A stretch of DNA of 64,000 bases, from positions 1 through 64,000 of the IMG/VR virus record IMGVR_UViG_3300042540_000949. One strand, written 5' to 3'. Source of the stretch: a virus. The translations under genes were made by a program, and so were the position numbers. The notes under the pieces were generated by a model, which saw only the letters and a program-made list of their open reading frames with translations, was not told the DNA's origin and ran no database searches. Positions within the stretch are counted from its first letter, which is position 1; the number at the start of each line of letters is the position of its first letter. Below, piece after piece: positions 1 to 10,781 of this stretch.

Positions 1-388
1 TGACTAAAACTTGTTTATAACCTAATGATGTAGTACCTGATGTCGTAGATATGGAGTTATAATTATATTGTTTTCTTGCTATTCCTGCAGAAGAAAAACT
101 TCCAGTTGTACCATCACCCCAATTTACATTGTATGCTCCGGAACATTGCATGCCAATGCTGTTGGAGTCTAATTCATCATCCGTAATTGCCAACAACCCA
201 TAAACAATTTGTTGGCCAGATGTGTAACCAGGAATTGAAAGCCATTCTATTGGTCTAACCCAATCAGTTCCAATATTCCAATTATTTATTTCTTCATTCA
301 AATATTGTTGACGACCATCAATTACTCCTTTTGGAGAAGTAATCTCATTTCTTCCTATGTAACCACGATTTCTTCCGTTTGATGCCAT
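1..388 (-). CDS. Partial hypothetical virion/fibre protein (runs off the window start)
   Basis: Read manually: ATG at 388, MASNGRNRGYIGRNEITSPKG...WVRPIEWLSIP...YNVNWGDGTT..., open to base 1; follows the collagen-like gene. Confidence 0.6.
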   Translation of the reverse strand, partial: MASNGRNRGYIGRNEITSPKGVIDGRQQYLNEEINNWNIGTDWVRPIEWLSIPGYTSGQQIVYGLLAITDDELDSNSIGMQCSGAYNVNWGDGTTGSFSSAGIARKQYNYNSISTTSGTTSLGYKQVLV

Positions 389-391
389 AAT

Positions 392-1036
392 TTATCCTCC
401 CAAAAACCAAATTAATTCAAAAGGATCTGCTGCTGAAGCACTAGAAGCAATCGTAAGAGTGTTTCCAGATGTAGTTATGGTTATATTGCTTCCTTGAGCG
501 AGGCCAACATTTCCACTTAAACCATTCAAAGTTATTACATAACTTCCAACTGGTCCAGTAACTCCTTGTGGACCCGTTGGACCAGTGAAACCAGTAGATC
601 CAATAGGACCTTGAATTCCCTGTGGACCTTGATCACCAGTGAAACCAGTAGGTCCAATAGGACCTTGAATTCCCTGTGGACCTTGATCACCAGTGGGGCC
701 AATAGGACCTTGAATTCCCTGTGGACCTTGATCACCAGTGAAACCAGTAGGTCCAATAGGACCTTGAATTCCCTGTGGACCTTGATCACCAGTAGGACCA
801 GTTGGTCCCATGGCACCAGTTCCCGTATAACTTATTGTTATATTATTAGAAGATCCGGAAACACCAATAAATGTGCTTCCAAGAATATTAATGCTTCCTG
901 TAAATCCATTTAAAAATGTAACTGCATTCGCTGCTGTTGCATACACATCCCAAGCAGTTCCATTCCACTGCCAAGAACGACCACCAAAGGTGTAAATATA
1001 ACCGAATGTGGGAGATGTTGGAAAATCTAGAGGCAT
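392..1036 (-). CDS. Collagen-like (Gly-X-Y) virion fibre/decoration protein
   Basis: Continuous [15 protein letters not shown] triplets; TATAAATA late promoter 7 nt upstream. Confidence 0.8.
   Translation of the reverse strand: MPLDFPTSPTFGYIYTFGGRSWQWNGTAWDVYATAANAVTFLNGFTGSINILGSTFIGVSGSSNNITISYTGTGAMGPTGPTGDQGPQGIQGPIGPTGFTGDQGPQGIQGPIGPTGDQGPQGIQGPIGPTGFTGDQGPQGIQGPIGSTGFTGPTGPQGVTGPVGSYVITLNGLSGNVGLAQGSNITITTSGNTLTIASSASAADPFELIWFLGG
580..795. repeat. Four near-identical tandem 45/54-bp repeats encoding [15 protein letters not shown](GFT)
   Basis: ccaataggaccttgaattccctgtggaccttgatcaccagt recurs four times. Confidence 0.9.
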
Positions 1037-1043
1037 GTCTTAA

Positions 1044-1051
1044 TATTTATA
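1044..1051 (-). promoter_or_regulatory. T4-type late promoter TATAAATA
   Basis: Exact consensus upstream of the collagen gene; gp55 and gp33 are encoded in the window. Confidence 0.7.
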
Positions 1052-2282
1052 TGATTTCAAACCAAGAAAGATCTGTATAACCTTGTGTGTTATCTGTCGT
1101 AGGAACCAGTACGAGAACAAATGTATCGCTTACTCCCAGTTGTGTTCTTCCTATTTGAAAATTAAAATCATTTATGCTAGATACATCCAAGGTTCCGCTG
1201 CTACTTATATATCCACCGACAATATCAGTCCCACCAGTAACCCCTGTAGCCGTAATATTATATTGAACATTTCCATTGTAATGTGTTGTCCAAGTGTTTC
1301 CCGTTAAAGTTGGATTTAATAAAATTCTGTATTGCACTACTAATGGTTTGTTGCTTCCTGACGGTTCTATTGCCACACTAATATTTGACGGCACAATAAT
1401 ACTATCCAATCTATCGGGGGCCAATCGTATTGCAACCAGTGGATATTGAGTTCCTGCTGTTGTTAAAGTATGGGGTGTAGTTCCACTATGTGTTATATTA
1501 TATCTTCTGCTGAATCCTTCATATCCACCTTCAGACAATATCGTTGAGCAAATTTGTTTCATGGTACTGCTTGTTGCTTGGCTAGAAGTATTTTCAATTT
1601 CATATCTCAAAGGCAAACATGCAGTTGTCATATAGGTTGTGGAATTTTTATTCGTATTGTAGAATGTATGTGCTACAATGGGTTTTCCGTCTATAAAAAA
1701 TCCAGTTCGAACATCACCCACACCCAACCATTCGACATCCATCCAAAAAATATTTCCTTTTGTTACATCTAAAGTTACACCAGAAGAACCAGATCCATCA
1801 AATCGATCACTGTTCCAGTTTGATTGTGGTACTGTCTGTGTGGTATTTAACGAAGCCGAAGCCAAGCAAATAGATAAAGTAAGACCATCTTGTTGCAAAT
1901 ATACTCCATTGTATGGAGTTGCGGCGGTAACGCCACCAGTAACTCCGAAGTAACCAACTCTTTGTCTCAAACCATTTTTTGGTTGAGACATTGCAAATGT
2001 GTTTATTATTGTAAGAGACTTTCCTGGTTGATATGGAAATACCTTTTTTGTTTCAGAATACAGTTTGGATCCCACTGTCAGTCCTGAAGTTAATGATACT
2101 GTGCTTTCTGTCATATTATAAGAATATGTTCCGCCAGTTGCACCTCTGTAATCCCATTTGTCACTTACTTGGTATCTTTGTTGACTGTCAAACAAGGTAA
2201 AAGGATTGCTAACTTTTAGACGATTGAATGCATCAACTGCATTTCCCTTGAATCCGATTTGATCATTGAATAGGTATGACAT
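1047..2282 (-). CDS. Conserved phage virion structural protein (beta-rich)
   Basis: DAFNRLKVSNPFTLFDSQ and YQPGKS motifs typical of aquatic T4-like virion proteins; start at 2282 (MSYLFND) preferred over 2297. Confidence 0.55.
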   Translation of the reverse strand: MSYLFNDQIGFKGNAVDAFNRLKVSNPFTLFDSQQRYQVSDKWDYRGATGGTYSYNMTESTVSLTSGLTVGSKLYSETKKVFPYQPGKSLTIINTFAMSQPKNGLRQRVGYFGVTGGVTAATPYNGVYLQQDGLTLSICLASASLNTTQTVPQSNWNSDRFDGSGSSGVTLDVTKGNIFWMDVEWLGVGDVRTGFFIDGKPIVAHTFYNTNKNSTTYMTTACLPLRYEIENTSSQATSSTMKQICSTILSEGGYEGFSRRYNITHSGTTPHTLTTAGTQYPLVAIRLAPDRLDSIIVPSNISVAIEPSGSNKPLVVQYRILLNPTLTGNTWTTHYNGNVQYNITATGVTGGTDIVGGYISSSGTLDVSSINDFNFQIGRTQLGVSDTFVLVLVPTTDNTQGYTDLSWFEII

Positions 2283-4327
2283 TATATTATTCTCCATCCA
2301 TTTCTGTAAATGAAATGTAAGCCCCCATTGTTTATGTTTAATATTGCAGAAGATTGATTATCAATTGTTTGTGATGAGGTTGCACCAACAATTGTTATAT
2401 ATCTGCTTGCTCCACTTCCCGCATTGCCAGATTCATCCTTGACAACAATTTGTCTTCCTGTTTCTGGATTTGTTGGAAGTGTAATAGTAACTGGACCACC
2501 ATAACTCACACCAATGTAATAATCCAATGGTGTTGCTGAATATGAAGAGCCCGTGACGGAAGTTGTGGTGAGAATTGATGATACACCACCAGAAGTTGTT
2601 GCTGTATTTGTTGGTTGGACCCATTGAGAACCGTTTCCATCATTGATGTAAACATACTCAATACCATTGTCAGAATCCATCCACCTGTCGCCTTGGGTTA
2701 TTCCGGATGGTGATGCAGACTGATAATAAAATCTATTTGCTGCTGAAGATTGTGTTGAGCCATCAGCAAATGCTATAAAAGCTCCTGTTGTAGTTCCAAT
2801 CACCAATCCCTTTGGAATTTCAAGGTTTTGAGTTGTTGTGTCTAATTTAAAATTTGCTTGTGCAGCTAATCTCGCTGTACTTGAATCTCTATATTGAACT
2901 GAACCACCAATAGATTTTGGTAGATCGGTAACTTCAATTTTTAAAACACCAATTCCACTAGAAGGATCTATTGTTAGACTTCCATTTGGAGATGCAATAG
3001 ATTGAACATAATTGCCTACTGGTCCTGTTGGACCTTGAGCACCAGTGGGACCTTGAGGACCAGTAGGACCTTGAGAACCACCTCCTCCACCCCCACACAA
3101 TCCACTCAAATCAATGTCAACATTTTTTCTTCTTCTTGTGATAGTGATTCCAGAACCAATGAAGTTCATGGTATCGACAGAACGAAGAATCTTGTCACCG
3201 TTCAGAGCAACATCAACTGCACCACCACCACCGGGTGTTGCCATTGCAATTTGATTGATTGCCTTTTGAACATCATCATTCTTGAGTTTGTCAAGAACAG
3301 AAGAAACGTGTTCAGAGTTGAACGAAAGAACACCATCTTCCAAGATTAATGGAAACTGTGCTTCTACAATTCCGGGATCGCCCTTGGGACCAGCAGGACC
3401 TTGAGAACCAGCAGGACCTTGTGTTCCCTTTGGACCAATTGGACCTTGTTGGCCGATTGGTCCACGTTCTCCACGATCACCCTTCTCTCCTTGGTCGCCC
3501 TTTGGTCCTTGTGGACCCATCGGACCTTGCAGACCCATATCACCTTGCTCACCTTTTTCTCCGGGAACACCCTTGGGTCCTTGAGGGCCTTGCAAACCGC
3601 GTGGGCCAACAGGACCAACTGGTCCTTCCTCGCCCTGATCTCCCTTTTCTCCTTGAGGACCAACAGGACCTTCAGGACCAACTTCTCCCTGTGGCCCAAC
3701 AGGACCTTTAGGACCAACAGGACCTTGAGGACCAGCAGGACCTCTTTCTCCTCTTGGGCCGACAGGACCGGGTTCACCTTGAATTCCTTGTGCACCAAAT
3801 TGAGGTACTATTTCTCTGACAATTGTTTTTTCAACCAATTGAACTGGCTGTTGAACAACTGGTTGAGAAACAATTTTTGGTGTTTCTACAATCTCTTCTA
3901 CGATGTTTTTTATTTGTGAAGGATTTCCAATAAATTTTACAATCTTATTGGTTTTTTGTTGTATGAAATATCTTTCAGAAACACCATGTCCCAGATATAT
4001 TTTTTCATCTGGGTGTACTGAATTTGTTTCCTTGAGAAGAGTATTCTTTTGAAGAGAACCAACAGGAAGTCTCAGACGAAATGAAGGCCCTTCAACATTC
4101 TCAAAGATGTATACGGGAATCAAAAGTTCTTTGATCTTTGAAGAGTTTCCTTCAACTACAAATTCTTGTCCGTCTTTGTCTTTCAACAATACTTTGGTAA
4201 TACCAACGCCAACAGATACCTTTGTGGGATTTCTTACCGAGTCTACAATTTGATATTCACAACCTTCCACAAGTATTGGGTGTGGTCTTGAAAGTCTTAA
4301 AGATGTCTTGTTCTTTCCAAAGAACAT
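2282..4327 (-). CDS. Collagen-like multidomain fibre protein
   Basis: Long Gly-X-Y tract (about 3370-3800), GDRW-x-DSDNG motif, C-terminal TITLP...[11 protein letters not shown] fibre domain; CTAAATA at 4337-4343. Confidence 0.75.
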   Translation of the reverse strand: MFFGKNKTSLRLSRPHPILVEGCEYQIVDSVRNPTKVSVGVGITKVLLKDKDGQEFVVEGNSSKIKELLIPVYIFENVEGPSFRLRLPVGSLQKNTLLKETNSVHPDEKIYLGHGVSERYFIQQKTNKIVKFIGNPSQIKNIVEEIVETPKIVSQPVVQQPVQLVEKTIVREIVPQFGAQGIQGEPGPVGPRGERGPAGPQGPVGPKGPVGPQGEVGPEGPVGPQGEKGDQGEEGPVGPVGPRGLQGPQGPKGVPGEKGEQGDMGLQGPMGPQGPKGDQGEKGDRGERGPIGQQGPIGPKGTQGPAGSQGPAGPKGDPGIVEAQFPLILEDGVLSFNSEHVSSVLDKLKNDDVQKAINQIAMATPGGGGAVDVALNGDKILRSVDTMNFIGSGITITRRRKNVDIDLSGLCGGGGGGSQGPTGPQGPTGAQGPTGPVGNYVQSIASPNGSLTIDPSSGIGVLKIEVTDLPKSIGGSVQYRDSSTARLAAQANFKLDTTTQNLEIPKGLVIGTTTGAFIAFADGSTQSSAANRFYYQSASPSGITQGDRWMDSDNGIEYVYINDGNGSQWVQPTNTATTSGGVSSILTTTSVTGSSYSATPLDYYIGVSYGGPVTITLPTNPETGRQIVVKDESGNAGSGASRYITIVGATSSQTIDNQSSAILNINNGGLHFIYRNGWRII

Positions 4328-4345
4328 GATTTCCTTTATTTAGTC

Positions 4346-6694
4346 TTATTCTTGGTAAGTGCTCAAACTCTTGAGATCCAATGCTGCGCCATTTAGATAG
4401 GTTATTTTTTTGATCACGCCATTGTAAAAATTAAAACCTTGTGCTGCGGTGGATGCGCCTTTGTATCCAATGGAGAAGAAACAAGCACCACAGATTCCGA
4501 ATTGTGTTCTGTCAATTGTGATGCCTTCTGTGTTACTTCCGTTGATTGAGGCACATACACCCATGATCGAATCACTAAAATTAAAGTAACTCAATGCAAT
4601 AATTGAATTTTTGACTGTATTAAGATTTATATTGGAACCAAAATTATAAGAAATGCCATTGTTGTGTGATATAAATCTATAACCACACATGCCCATTACA
4701 CGCTCAACTGCAAAACCATTGGTGCTTCCGGGTGCGTAGTTAATGGAAAACAGAGTTCTTACATTTCCTTGTGTGTGTATCGTATTGTCTTGCAACGAAT
4801 TATCTACAAGGGCGACAAAGGTGCCACTTGTTGCAGAAAACCAAGAAGAAAAAGATACACCATCCATGAACAGTCTGTCGGGGCTTCTTGTAACTGAAGA
4901 ACCAACAGTTTTGATGTAAGAAGAATCTGTAGTTTGATTTTCTAATTGAATATCTGCAACTAAAATTCCTGTACCTTCATAACCCGCTGCAGTAAAGCCC
5001 ACATTATAATTTGTAAAATTATTTGTAACATATATTCTAATACTATTATTGACACTTTCTTTATTAGTATAAGTAAATGTAATTTTTTTCCAATCATCGG
5101 GATAAGATGTAATTTTTCCTACAGGTCTTGGAATTGCTGCAAAACGGGAATCAATGTCAAATCTGTTTTCTGCTAAATCACATGTAATGGTACACGCTTG
5201 ATCTACCATTTGTATGGCCAAATACAGTGGTTCTTCTAAGCTATAATTTTTGGCCCAAATTGAAATTGTTGAAGATTGTCCGATTGTTCCAAGTGGTGGA
5301 GGGAAAAGGCCAGGATTAGAAGAAATATAGTGTTGTATGTTTCCTGAACCAATTGGGGTTAAGCGAAGAACATTATTTTCTCCAAATAAATCTGTTCCAT
5401 TGCAAGATCCCGTGATAACATCTAAAGATGAGGGACTAGTTGATTGCCAAAAACTTCCAGAATCATAAAAAGTTTCCAAAGAAGGCAATAAATTTGAAGA
5501 ACTACCTTCAACCAACAGACCTGCCAGATCTTCAATGTTTCCGTTCGAATTCAAATAGTAAGCAATTCTTGGAATATCTTGCTGTACATACGTCAATCCC
5601 GCATCATTTAAATATGATGCACTGCTTCCACGAAGGAATGTCAAGTAGTTTGTAAAATCAGCAGGCAACAATCTAAAATCAAATGTGATGCCAGTCAAAT
5701 TTCCCGTAACTGGTGTCAAGGCAAGTTGTTTCCAGCCTTGATTGGTTTTTATGTAAAGATTGTTGTCATCCCAGCACATTACACCCGGTGAGCCCTCTAC
5801 GAATGGATCAACTATTGTCTGTGGTTGTTCAATTCTTATTATCTTGTTTTTTACGTTAAGGGAAGCCACACCATCATCTAATTCCAAAAGCCCTTGCAAT
5901 TTGGTTTTTGTGGTAGAATTGTTCCCAATTACCGTTGTATTATTTCCAAGACCTTCTATTGCAGTGCCAATTATTATTTCATTAAAAGAAGTGGTATTCA
6001 GTGGTTTTGTACTATTTCCTATAAAAATTCCATTATTTACGTCTGTTACCTCTAGTCTAGTGGAACTGCAAGTTCCAGCAAGAGTTCCAATCGCAACAAC
6101 ATTTGTTCCTGAGTTTAAATTTTCTAAAGCTCTTCTACCTATTCCAACTATGTTAGTTCCTTGAATTGTTTTTGTTAAATTAGTGTCTCCAAGTGAAATT
6201 ACATTGTTTAAATTACTAATTGACGGACTAGACACATTAGTTGTAGATCCAATAATTATATTTGAACCCGTTGCTCTTATCACATAATTTGAAAATCTTA
6301 ACCCTGAACCTTCGGTGAGGGTTATTCCTTTGGTCGATATTCCATTGGAAAATTCCTGAGGTTGAGAAAATGATTGCGAAACATTAGTTCTAGCAACATT
6401 TGTCAAACCAAATGCCACAGTGTTTCCGGAAGTTTGAATGTTAATATTACTGTCACCGAAAAGACCAACAACCCCGCGAAGATTGTTTATGCTGGATACA
6501 ACATTTGTTATGCCAATTGATATTGTATTGGCTACACTTTGAACAACTACCCCAGTGTTTCCCGACAAACTCACATTTCCAATCAAACCATTGAGAGAAG
6601 ATACGCTTGCTGGTATGCTGACGGCAATTGAACCGTCAAGCACTTGAACTTGGTTTGGTGGTGTAGTTGTGACGGTGATCTGTGGGTTGCTCAT
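4346..6694 (-). CDS. Tail/head fibre or spike-like protein
   Basis: V-SS-x-N-x-L-x-G-x-V repeats, beta-helix-like segment, GLLVEGSSSNLL and QLE...SSYIKT...VTRSPD motifs of phage spike/lectin modules. Confidence 0.6.
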   Translation of the reverse strand: MSNPQITVTTTPPNQVQVLDGSIAVSIPASVSSLNGLIGNVSLSGNTGVVVQSVANTISIGITNVVSSINNLRGVVGLFGDSNINIQTSGNTVAFGLTNVARTNVSQSFSQPQEFSNGISTKGITLTEGSGLRFSNYVIRATGSNIIIGSTTNVSSPSISNLNNVISLGDTNLTKTIQGTNIVGIGRRALENLNSGTNVVAIGTLAGTCSSTRLEVTDVNNGIFIGNSTKPLNTTSFNEIIIGTAIEGLGNNTTVIGNNSTTKTKLQGLLELDDGVASLNVKNKIIRIEQPQTIVDPFVEGSPGVMCWDDNNLYIKTNQGWKQLALTPVTGNLTGITFDFRLLPADFTNYLTFLRGSSASYLNDAGLTYVQQDIPRIAYYLNSNGNIEDLAGLLVEGSSSNLLPSLETFYDSGSFWQSTSPSSLDVITGSCNGTDLFGENNVLRLTPIGSGNIQHYISSNPGLFPPPLGTIGQSSTISIWAKNYSLEEPLYLAIQMVDQACTITCDLAENRFDIDSRFAAIPRPVGKITSYPDDWKKITFTYTNKESVNNSIRIYVTNNFTNYNVGFTAAGYEGTGILVADIQLENQTTDSSYIKTVGSSVTRSPDRLFMDGVSFSSWFSATSGTFVALVDNSLQDNTIHTQGNVRTLFSINYAPGSTNGFAVERVMGMCGYRFISHNNGISYNFGSNINLNTVKNSIIALSYFNFSDSIMGVCASINGSNTEGITIDRTQFGICGACFFSIGYKGASTAAQGFNFYNGVIKKITYLNGAALDLKSLSTYQE

Positions 6695-6695
6695 T

Positions 6696-7085
6696 TTATC
6701 CTCTTGTTACGTCAGGCAAGACAGTGATATTCCCACTCATGAGTGTATCAATGTCTCCCGTGTTTTTTTGTTCCTGTATGTCATAAAATACTTTGGTATA
6801 TGGTGGAAATTTTGCCGTGTCATCGGCACCTACGCACACAACAACGTTTCCAACGGCATTGGCGGAAATTCCGCCACACACACCGCCCGGAATTGTCATG
6901 ACGCTTCCAGCCGTTATGCCTGCTTCATAGGAAGCAAATAATTTTGATGGCCACTGTCCGTTACGAACCTGCATTTTCAAGGTCGAACCAGTCAAATCAT
7001 ATGTTCCCCCCGATGAATTTCGGAGAAACATAGTCCAACGGAGGGTATCGCCTCTTATTACAGTAGGATCATAAGAGTCAGCCAT
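6696..7085 (-). CDS. BppU-like/Ig-like virion accessory protein
   Basis: RGDT...YDLTGSTLKMQVR...YDIQ...TLMSGNITV pattern; TATAAATA at 7094-7101. Confidence 0.5.
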   Translation of the reverse strand: MADSYDPTVIRGDTLRWTMFLRNSSGGTYDLTGSTLKMQVRNGQWPSKLFASYEAGITAGSVMTIPGGVCGGISANAVGNVVVCVGADDTAKFPPYTKVFYDIQEQKNTGDIDTLMSGNITVLPDVTRG

Positions 7086-7096
7086 TACTGAAATAT

Positions 7097-8320
7097 TTAT
7101 AATTTCACTGTGGCTGCATTTGGACTTACGTTCAACGTGGTCTTATTGGATTCCTTGGCAATCTTTTCAGCCCATTGCTTTTGCTGCTGTTCCAAGTTCA
7201 TTTGGAACTGCTGAAATGCCTTACTGTAGATGTTCATGTTGTTTTGAACTCTTTCACGATGCTCCGCTGGTAGATAAGGCTCGTTTAGGAGCTTTTGACA
7301 GCATTGCATTCCCAACTGGGGCATTCCTGCATAGAAAGCCGTGGTTCCGATCTCGTCAAAGATGCCCCACAGATAATTGGCATTGTCAACGAATAAAATG
7401 TCATTCTGTGGAACTGGAATATGAGCGCCTAGGTGTGCAATCAAGAAAGCATTCCTTGGACGATTGTACTTTCTGTAGATGCAGGATAGATGGTATAGTG
7501 GCTCTACACGATTTGGTGCAGATTCAAACGCCATCATGAATGCATCGGCAATCTGTTCGACTGGCTTTCCTTGGAACTCTCGGCACATTCCGACACGCAT
7601 CCAAGAAAAGAATACTTCTTCGTGCCAACCACCCTGTTCGATTCTCTTGAGGTATTCCTTTTCCGCAATCTCAAACATTCTTGCGTCAAAGGCAGACTGT
7701 GCTGCATAGAATTGCTTGCGAGGCTGATTTGGATCCTTCTCCAAATATCCCTTAAGAATGTAATAATCCTTGGTATACTTTTCAATGTCGTTGGAAACAG
7801 ATCGTGAACGGCAACCTTCGGTACGAACTTCCCATGCATAGTCACCCTCAAGTTTGCCAACATTCATTGGCTGCTCGCAGATGGCATATTCATGCAGAGG
7901 CTCTTCGTACCACCACTTTTTCTTGCCCAAGTTGAAGATCTGGGCACGAAGCCACTTGAACTCTCCGCGCTTGATCTGGACTACATAACCGTCAAGATTG
8001 TCATCAAACTTATCGACAGGAAGAGTTCCCGTGATAAAGTCATCAGCATCGATCATCAGAGCCCATTTAGTCTTGCCCATGCAAAGTTCAAGAGCCTTTG
8101 AGCGATTGGTTCCAAAATCAGACCATTCGTGGTCGTGGATCTCACCGGGAATACCCTTTTCATCAAAGAACTTCTTGATGATCTCCTTGGTATTGTCCGT
8201 TGATCCGGTATCACAGATTACATAGTAATCAATGAAAGGTGCGCATGAAGCCAAGCAACGCTCAATGTTTGGGGCTTCGTTCTTTACGATCATACTCAAA
8301 GTCAACTTGTGCATATTCAT
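7097..8320 (-). CDS. GT2 glycosyltransferase with C-terminal TPR-like repeats (SunS/flagellin-GT architecture)
   Basis: MIVKNE...ERCL...DTGSTD, DADD (DxD), LHE, then helical repeats (FYAAQS, APNRVEPLYHL). Confidence 0.85.
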   Translation of the reverse strand: MNMHKLTLSMIVKNEAPNIERCLASCAPFIDYYVICDTGSTDNTKEIIKKFFDEKGIPGEIHDHEWSDFGTNRSKALELCMGKTKWALMIDADDFITGTLPVDKFDDNLDGYVVQIKRGEFKWLRAQIFNLGKKKWWYEEPLHEYAICEQPMNVGKLEGDYAWEVRTEGCRSRSVSNDIEKYTKDYYILKGYLEKDPNQPRKQFYAAQSAFDARMFEIAEKEYLKRIEQGGWHEEVFFSWMRVGMCREFQGKPVEQIADAFMMAFESAPNRVEPLYHLSCIYRKYNRPRNAFLIAHLGAHIPVPQNDILFVDNANYLWGIFDEIGTTAFYAGMPQLGMQCCQKLLNEPYLPAEHRERVQNNMNIYSKAFQQFQMNLEQQQKQWAEKIAKESNKTTLNVSPNAATVKL

Positions 8321-8322
8321 CC

Positions 8323-8760
8323 TTATGTATTGAAAAACTTACGAAGAGATCCAGGATTGAACTTGGGAATCAATTCCCATTGTTCTTTCTCTGTATATTT
8401 AATTATCTTTAAACCAGATAGGGGCATTCGGTCTTTTACTTTTTCCTTGTCAACAATTTCCAGAAGTTCCCATTCTTCCAGCAATTTTATGATTGCGTTT
8501 CTTCTCTTGATGTCTTCTTCCGAGACATTTGATGGAAGGCCATCCAAGGCAAAAAGTTCTTTGAAATGGGCAACGATGTAGCATTCATTCTTGTGAATCA
8601 GGTGACAAGATTGATACAATACTTTCTTGCCCTTTGGAGACACGCCGATTCGTGACAAAGTTTCACGAACAACCATGAAATCTTCTGGGTCGAATAAAGT
8701 TACATGAACGCCTACATTATTGAATATTTTATCGGATACATCTGACATAACTGCTTTCAC
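8323..8760 (-). CDS. regA: Translational repressor RegA
   Basis: DFMVVRETLSRIGV...LYQSCHLIHK...YIVAHFKELFALDG; follows gp62. Confidence 0.95.
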   Translation of the reverse strand: MKAVMSDVSDKIFNNVGVHVTLFDPEDFMVVRETLSRIGVSPKGKKVLYQSCHLIHKNECYIVAHFKELFALDGLPSNVSEEDIKRRNAIIKLLEEWELLEIVDKEKVKDRMPLSGLKIIKYTEKEQWELIPKFNPGSLRKFFNT

Positions 8761-8762
8761 TC

Positions 8763-9146
8763 CTACTTACCAGTTCCACCTTTGTTTAGATATGCTTTTA
8801 AATTGTCTATATCTGTTGTACTAAGGATATTTAGTACTTCTCTGGCTTTCATGTCGTTGTATCCAAAAACCTCTTTAATTACCGTAATATTTTCTTCGGT
8901 ATCCTTGCGTATCCAATGAGAGAAACGCTTCTTTTTTCTTACAGATAGTCTGTAAAAATCAAACTGGGATTTGGAATCAAGCCACGGGTGACAATTCATC
9001 TCGTTTGCATGAAACAATGTATCTGGAAAGTATGACAAGCATTTATTGACGACAAAAGCTGGATAAAGACGAACATCCTTTTCGTCCTTGTCCAGCAGCG
9101 CTTTCTTGTCGTGATTTATGCTGTTCAAAAAGTCTTTTAATTCCAT
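8763..9146 (-). CDS. gp62: Clamp loader small subunit (gp62)
   Basis: YPAFVVNKCLSYFPDT...ANEMN...RKKKRFS; synteny. Confidence 0.93.
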   Translation of the reverse strand: MELKDFLNSINHDKKALLDKDEKDVRLYPAFVVNKCLSYFPDTLFHANEMNCHPWLDSKSQFDFYRLSVRKKKRFSHWIRKDTEENITVIKEVFGYNDMKAREVLNILSTTDIDNLKAYLNKGGTGK

Positions 9147-10090
9147 CAGTTAAACTCACAATCCATCATGATCTGTACGATCAATGCCATTGTATTGATT
9201 TCTTGGTCTGATGCAAAAGCTGCTTTGTATTGATACTCAGCAACAATTAAAATTGCTTGTGGAACTGAATTTGGTTTCAAGACTGTATATAGTTCCGTAT
9301 AAAGTCGCTTGAAAAACTCTGTCGTATTCAGATCCAGATTCTGTACAACCCACTTTCTGCATGAAGTAAAGTCCTTGTTCTTCATGAATCCAATGAGTTC
9401 CTTGTACGATTCACTGCTGCCTTGAGCAAGAATGCCAACATCAATCTTTCCAGAACTTGAATACTTCTGGAGTTCATTGATGATTCTTCGCATGTCAGGA
9501 AAATGCTTCTTGACAAGATTGACCAAGACCGCTTTTTCATATGGAACCTTTTCCGTTGTCAGAATATGTTCCACACGACCAAGCATTGCAGATGCAATTT
9601 GTGCTTTTTCTGCATTGGGAATCGTGAAATCAATCCCAGTACATCTGGAATGCAAAGGTTCAATGACGCGATTCTTGTAATTGCAAGTCAGTATGAATCG
9701 GCAGTTCTTGTGGAATTCCTCTATGGCTCCACGCAATGCTGGCTGAATTGACTGAGGATTTGCATAGTCAAACTCATCAAGCACTACTATCTTGTGATTT
9801 CCATTCAGCGATACTGTTGATGCGTATTGACGAATCTTGGTTCTCAGCGTATCAATTCCATTTTCTTCCGAGCAGTTGATGAGAATGTATTCTGAACCAA
9901 CATCCTTTGCCAAGGCACGGGCAACCGTAGTCTTGCCCGTGCCTGCCTTTCCATAAAGAAGCATGTTGGGAACAGATCCCTCTTTTACCATTCCCTCAAA
10001 GATCTTTTTTAGATCTATTGGAAGAATGCAATCAGACAGCGTTTGTGGGCGGTATGATTCCACCCACAACATATCACGTATATCAGTCAC
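9146..10090 (-). CDS. gp44: Clamp loader AAA+ subunit (gp44)
   Basis: LWVESYRP, Walker A GKAGTGKT, LDEFD, SRC motif. Confidence 0.96.
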   Translation of the reverse strand: MTDIRDMLWVESYRPQTLSDCILPIDLKKIFEGMVKEGSVPNMLLYGKAGTGKTTVARALAKDVGSEYILINCSEENGIDTLRTKIRQYASTVSLNGNHKIVVLDEFDYANPQSIQPALRGAIEEFHKNCRFILTCNYKNRVIEPLHSRCTGIDFTIPNAEKAQIASAMLGRVEHILTTEKVPYEKAVLVNLVKKHFPDMRRIINELQKYSSSGKIDVGILAQGSSESYKELIGFMKNKDFTSCRKWVVQNLDLNTTEFFKRLYTELYTVLKPNSVPQAILIVAEYQYKAAFASDQEINTMALIVQIMMDCEFN

Positions 10091-10092
10091 TT

Positions 10093-10764
10093 TTATCCCT
10101 TGTTGATTGCGATGTAATAAGTAATGTCTTGGGAACTGTGTGTGAACCTAGAAACCACGGTATCCGTGACTTCTACTTTATAGGAACCTGGAAGGAACTT
10201 AATCTCGTTGATTGAGATGTTTCCTTCATAATCAGGACCACTATAGTTTTCCTCAACCACAATTTCAAAACTATCGGATGTGCTGTTGGAGGAATCATCG
10301 ACAGTAAGGCGAATCTGACCGTCACCAGCAATGATCTTCAGATCACTGACCTGAAGGATGCTAGCAGCCTTCATCACTTCACTAAGATCCTGCTCATCAA
10401 GATTGAATGAGAAGAGAACTTCAGGCATGTTGATGTCCTTGGTGGGAACAGTCAACAGGGACTTCTCTGCGTAATAATACTTTACGCTTGAACGCCCGTT
10501 GGAGATGTCAACATGCGTGTCATGGAACTCAAGATCGGGATTGTTGAACATGCTGACCACACCTAGAAACTTGTTGAGATCCCAGATGGAAATTTCGGTG
10601 TCAAAATCCTCCTGAACGGTGGCCTTGACATAGATGTTGCTTCCTGCCGAACGAGTCTTCAGCACATTCCCAGGTTTGATGAGAATGTTTGAATTGATGG
10701 AGGAGAAGTTTTTTAGAATGTTAAATGTTTCTTTGCTCAAACGCATTTTTGTCACAGTACTCAT
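10093..10764 (-). CDS. gp45: Sliding clamp (gp45)
   Basis: LSKETFNILKNFSSINSNI...IWDLNKFL...YYIA; synteny. Confidence 0.95.
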   Translation of the reverse strand: MSTVTKMRLSKETFNILKNFSSINSNILIKPGNVLKTRSAGSNIYVKATVQEDFDTEISIWDLNKFLGVVSMFNNPDLEFHDTHVDISNGRSSVKYYYAEKSLLTVPTKDINMPEVLFSFNLDEQDLSEVMKAASILQVSDLKIIAGDGQIRLTVDDSSNSTSDSFEIVVEENYSGPDYEGNISINEIKFLPGSYKVEVTDTVVSRFTHSSQDITYYIAINKG

Positions 10765-10781
10765 ATAGATCCTTTTGTAGA

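Noticed and set aside
580-795. Repeats as a CRISPR array
   Set aside because: No unique spacers; in-frame coding repeats; no cas genes
535-3919. Alternative-frame repetitive ORFs (535-816, 566-913, 3349-3711, 3364-3798, 3401-3919)
   Set aside because: Shadows of the Gly-X-Y collagen codon periodicity
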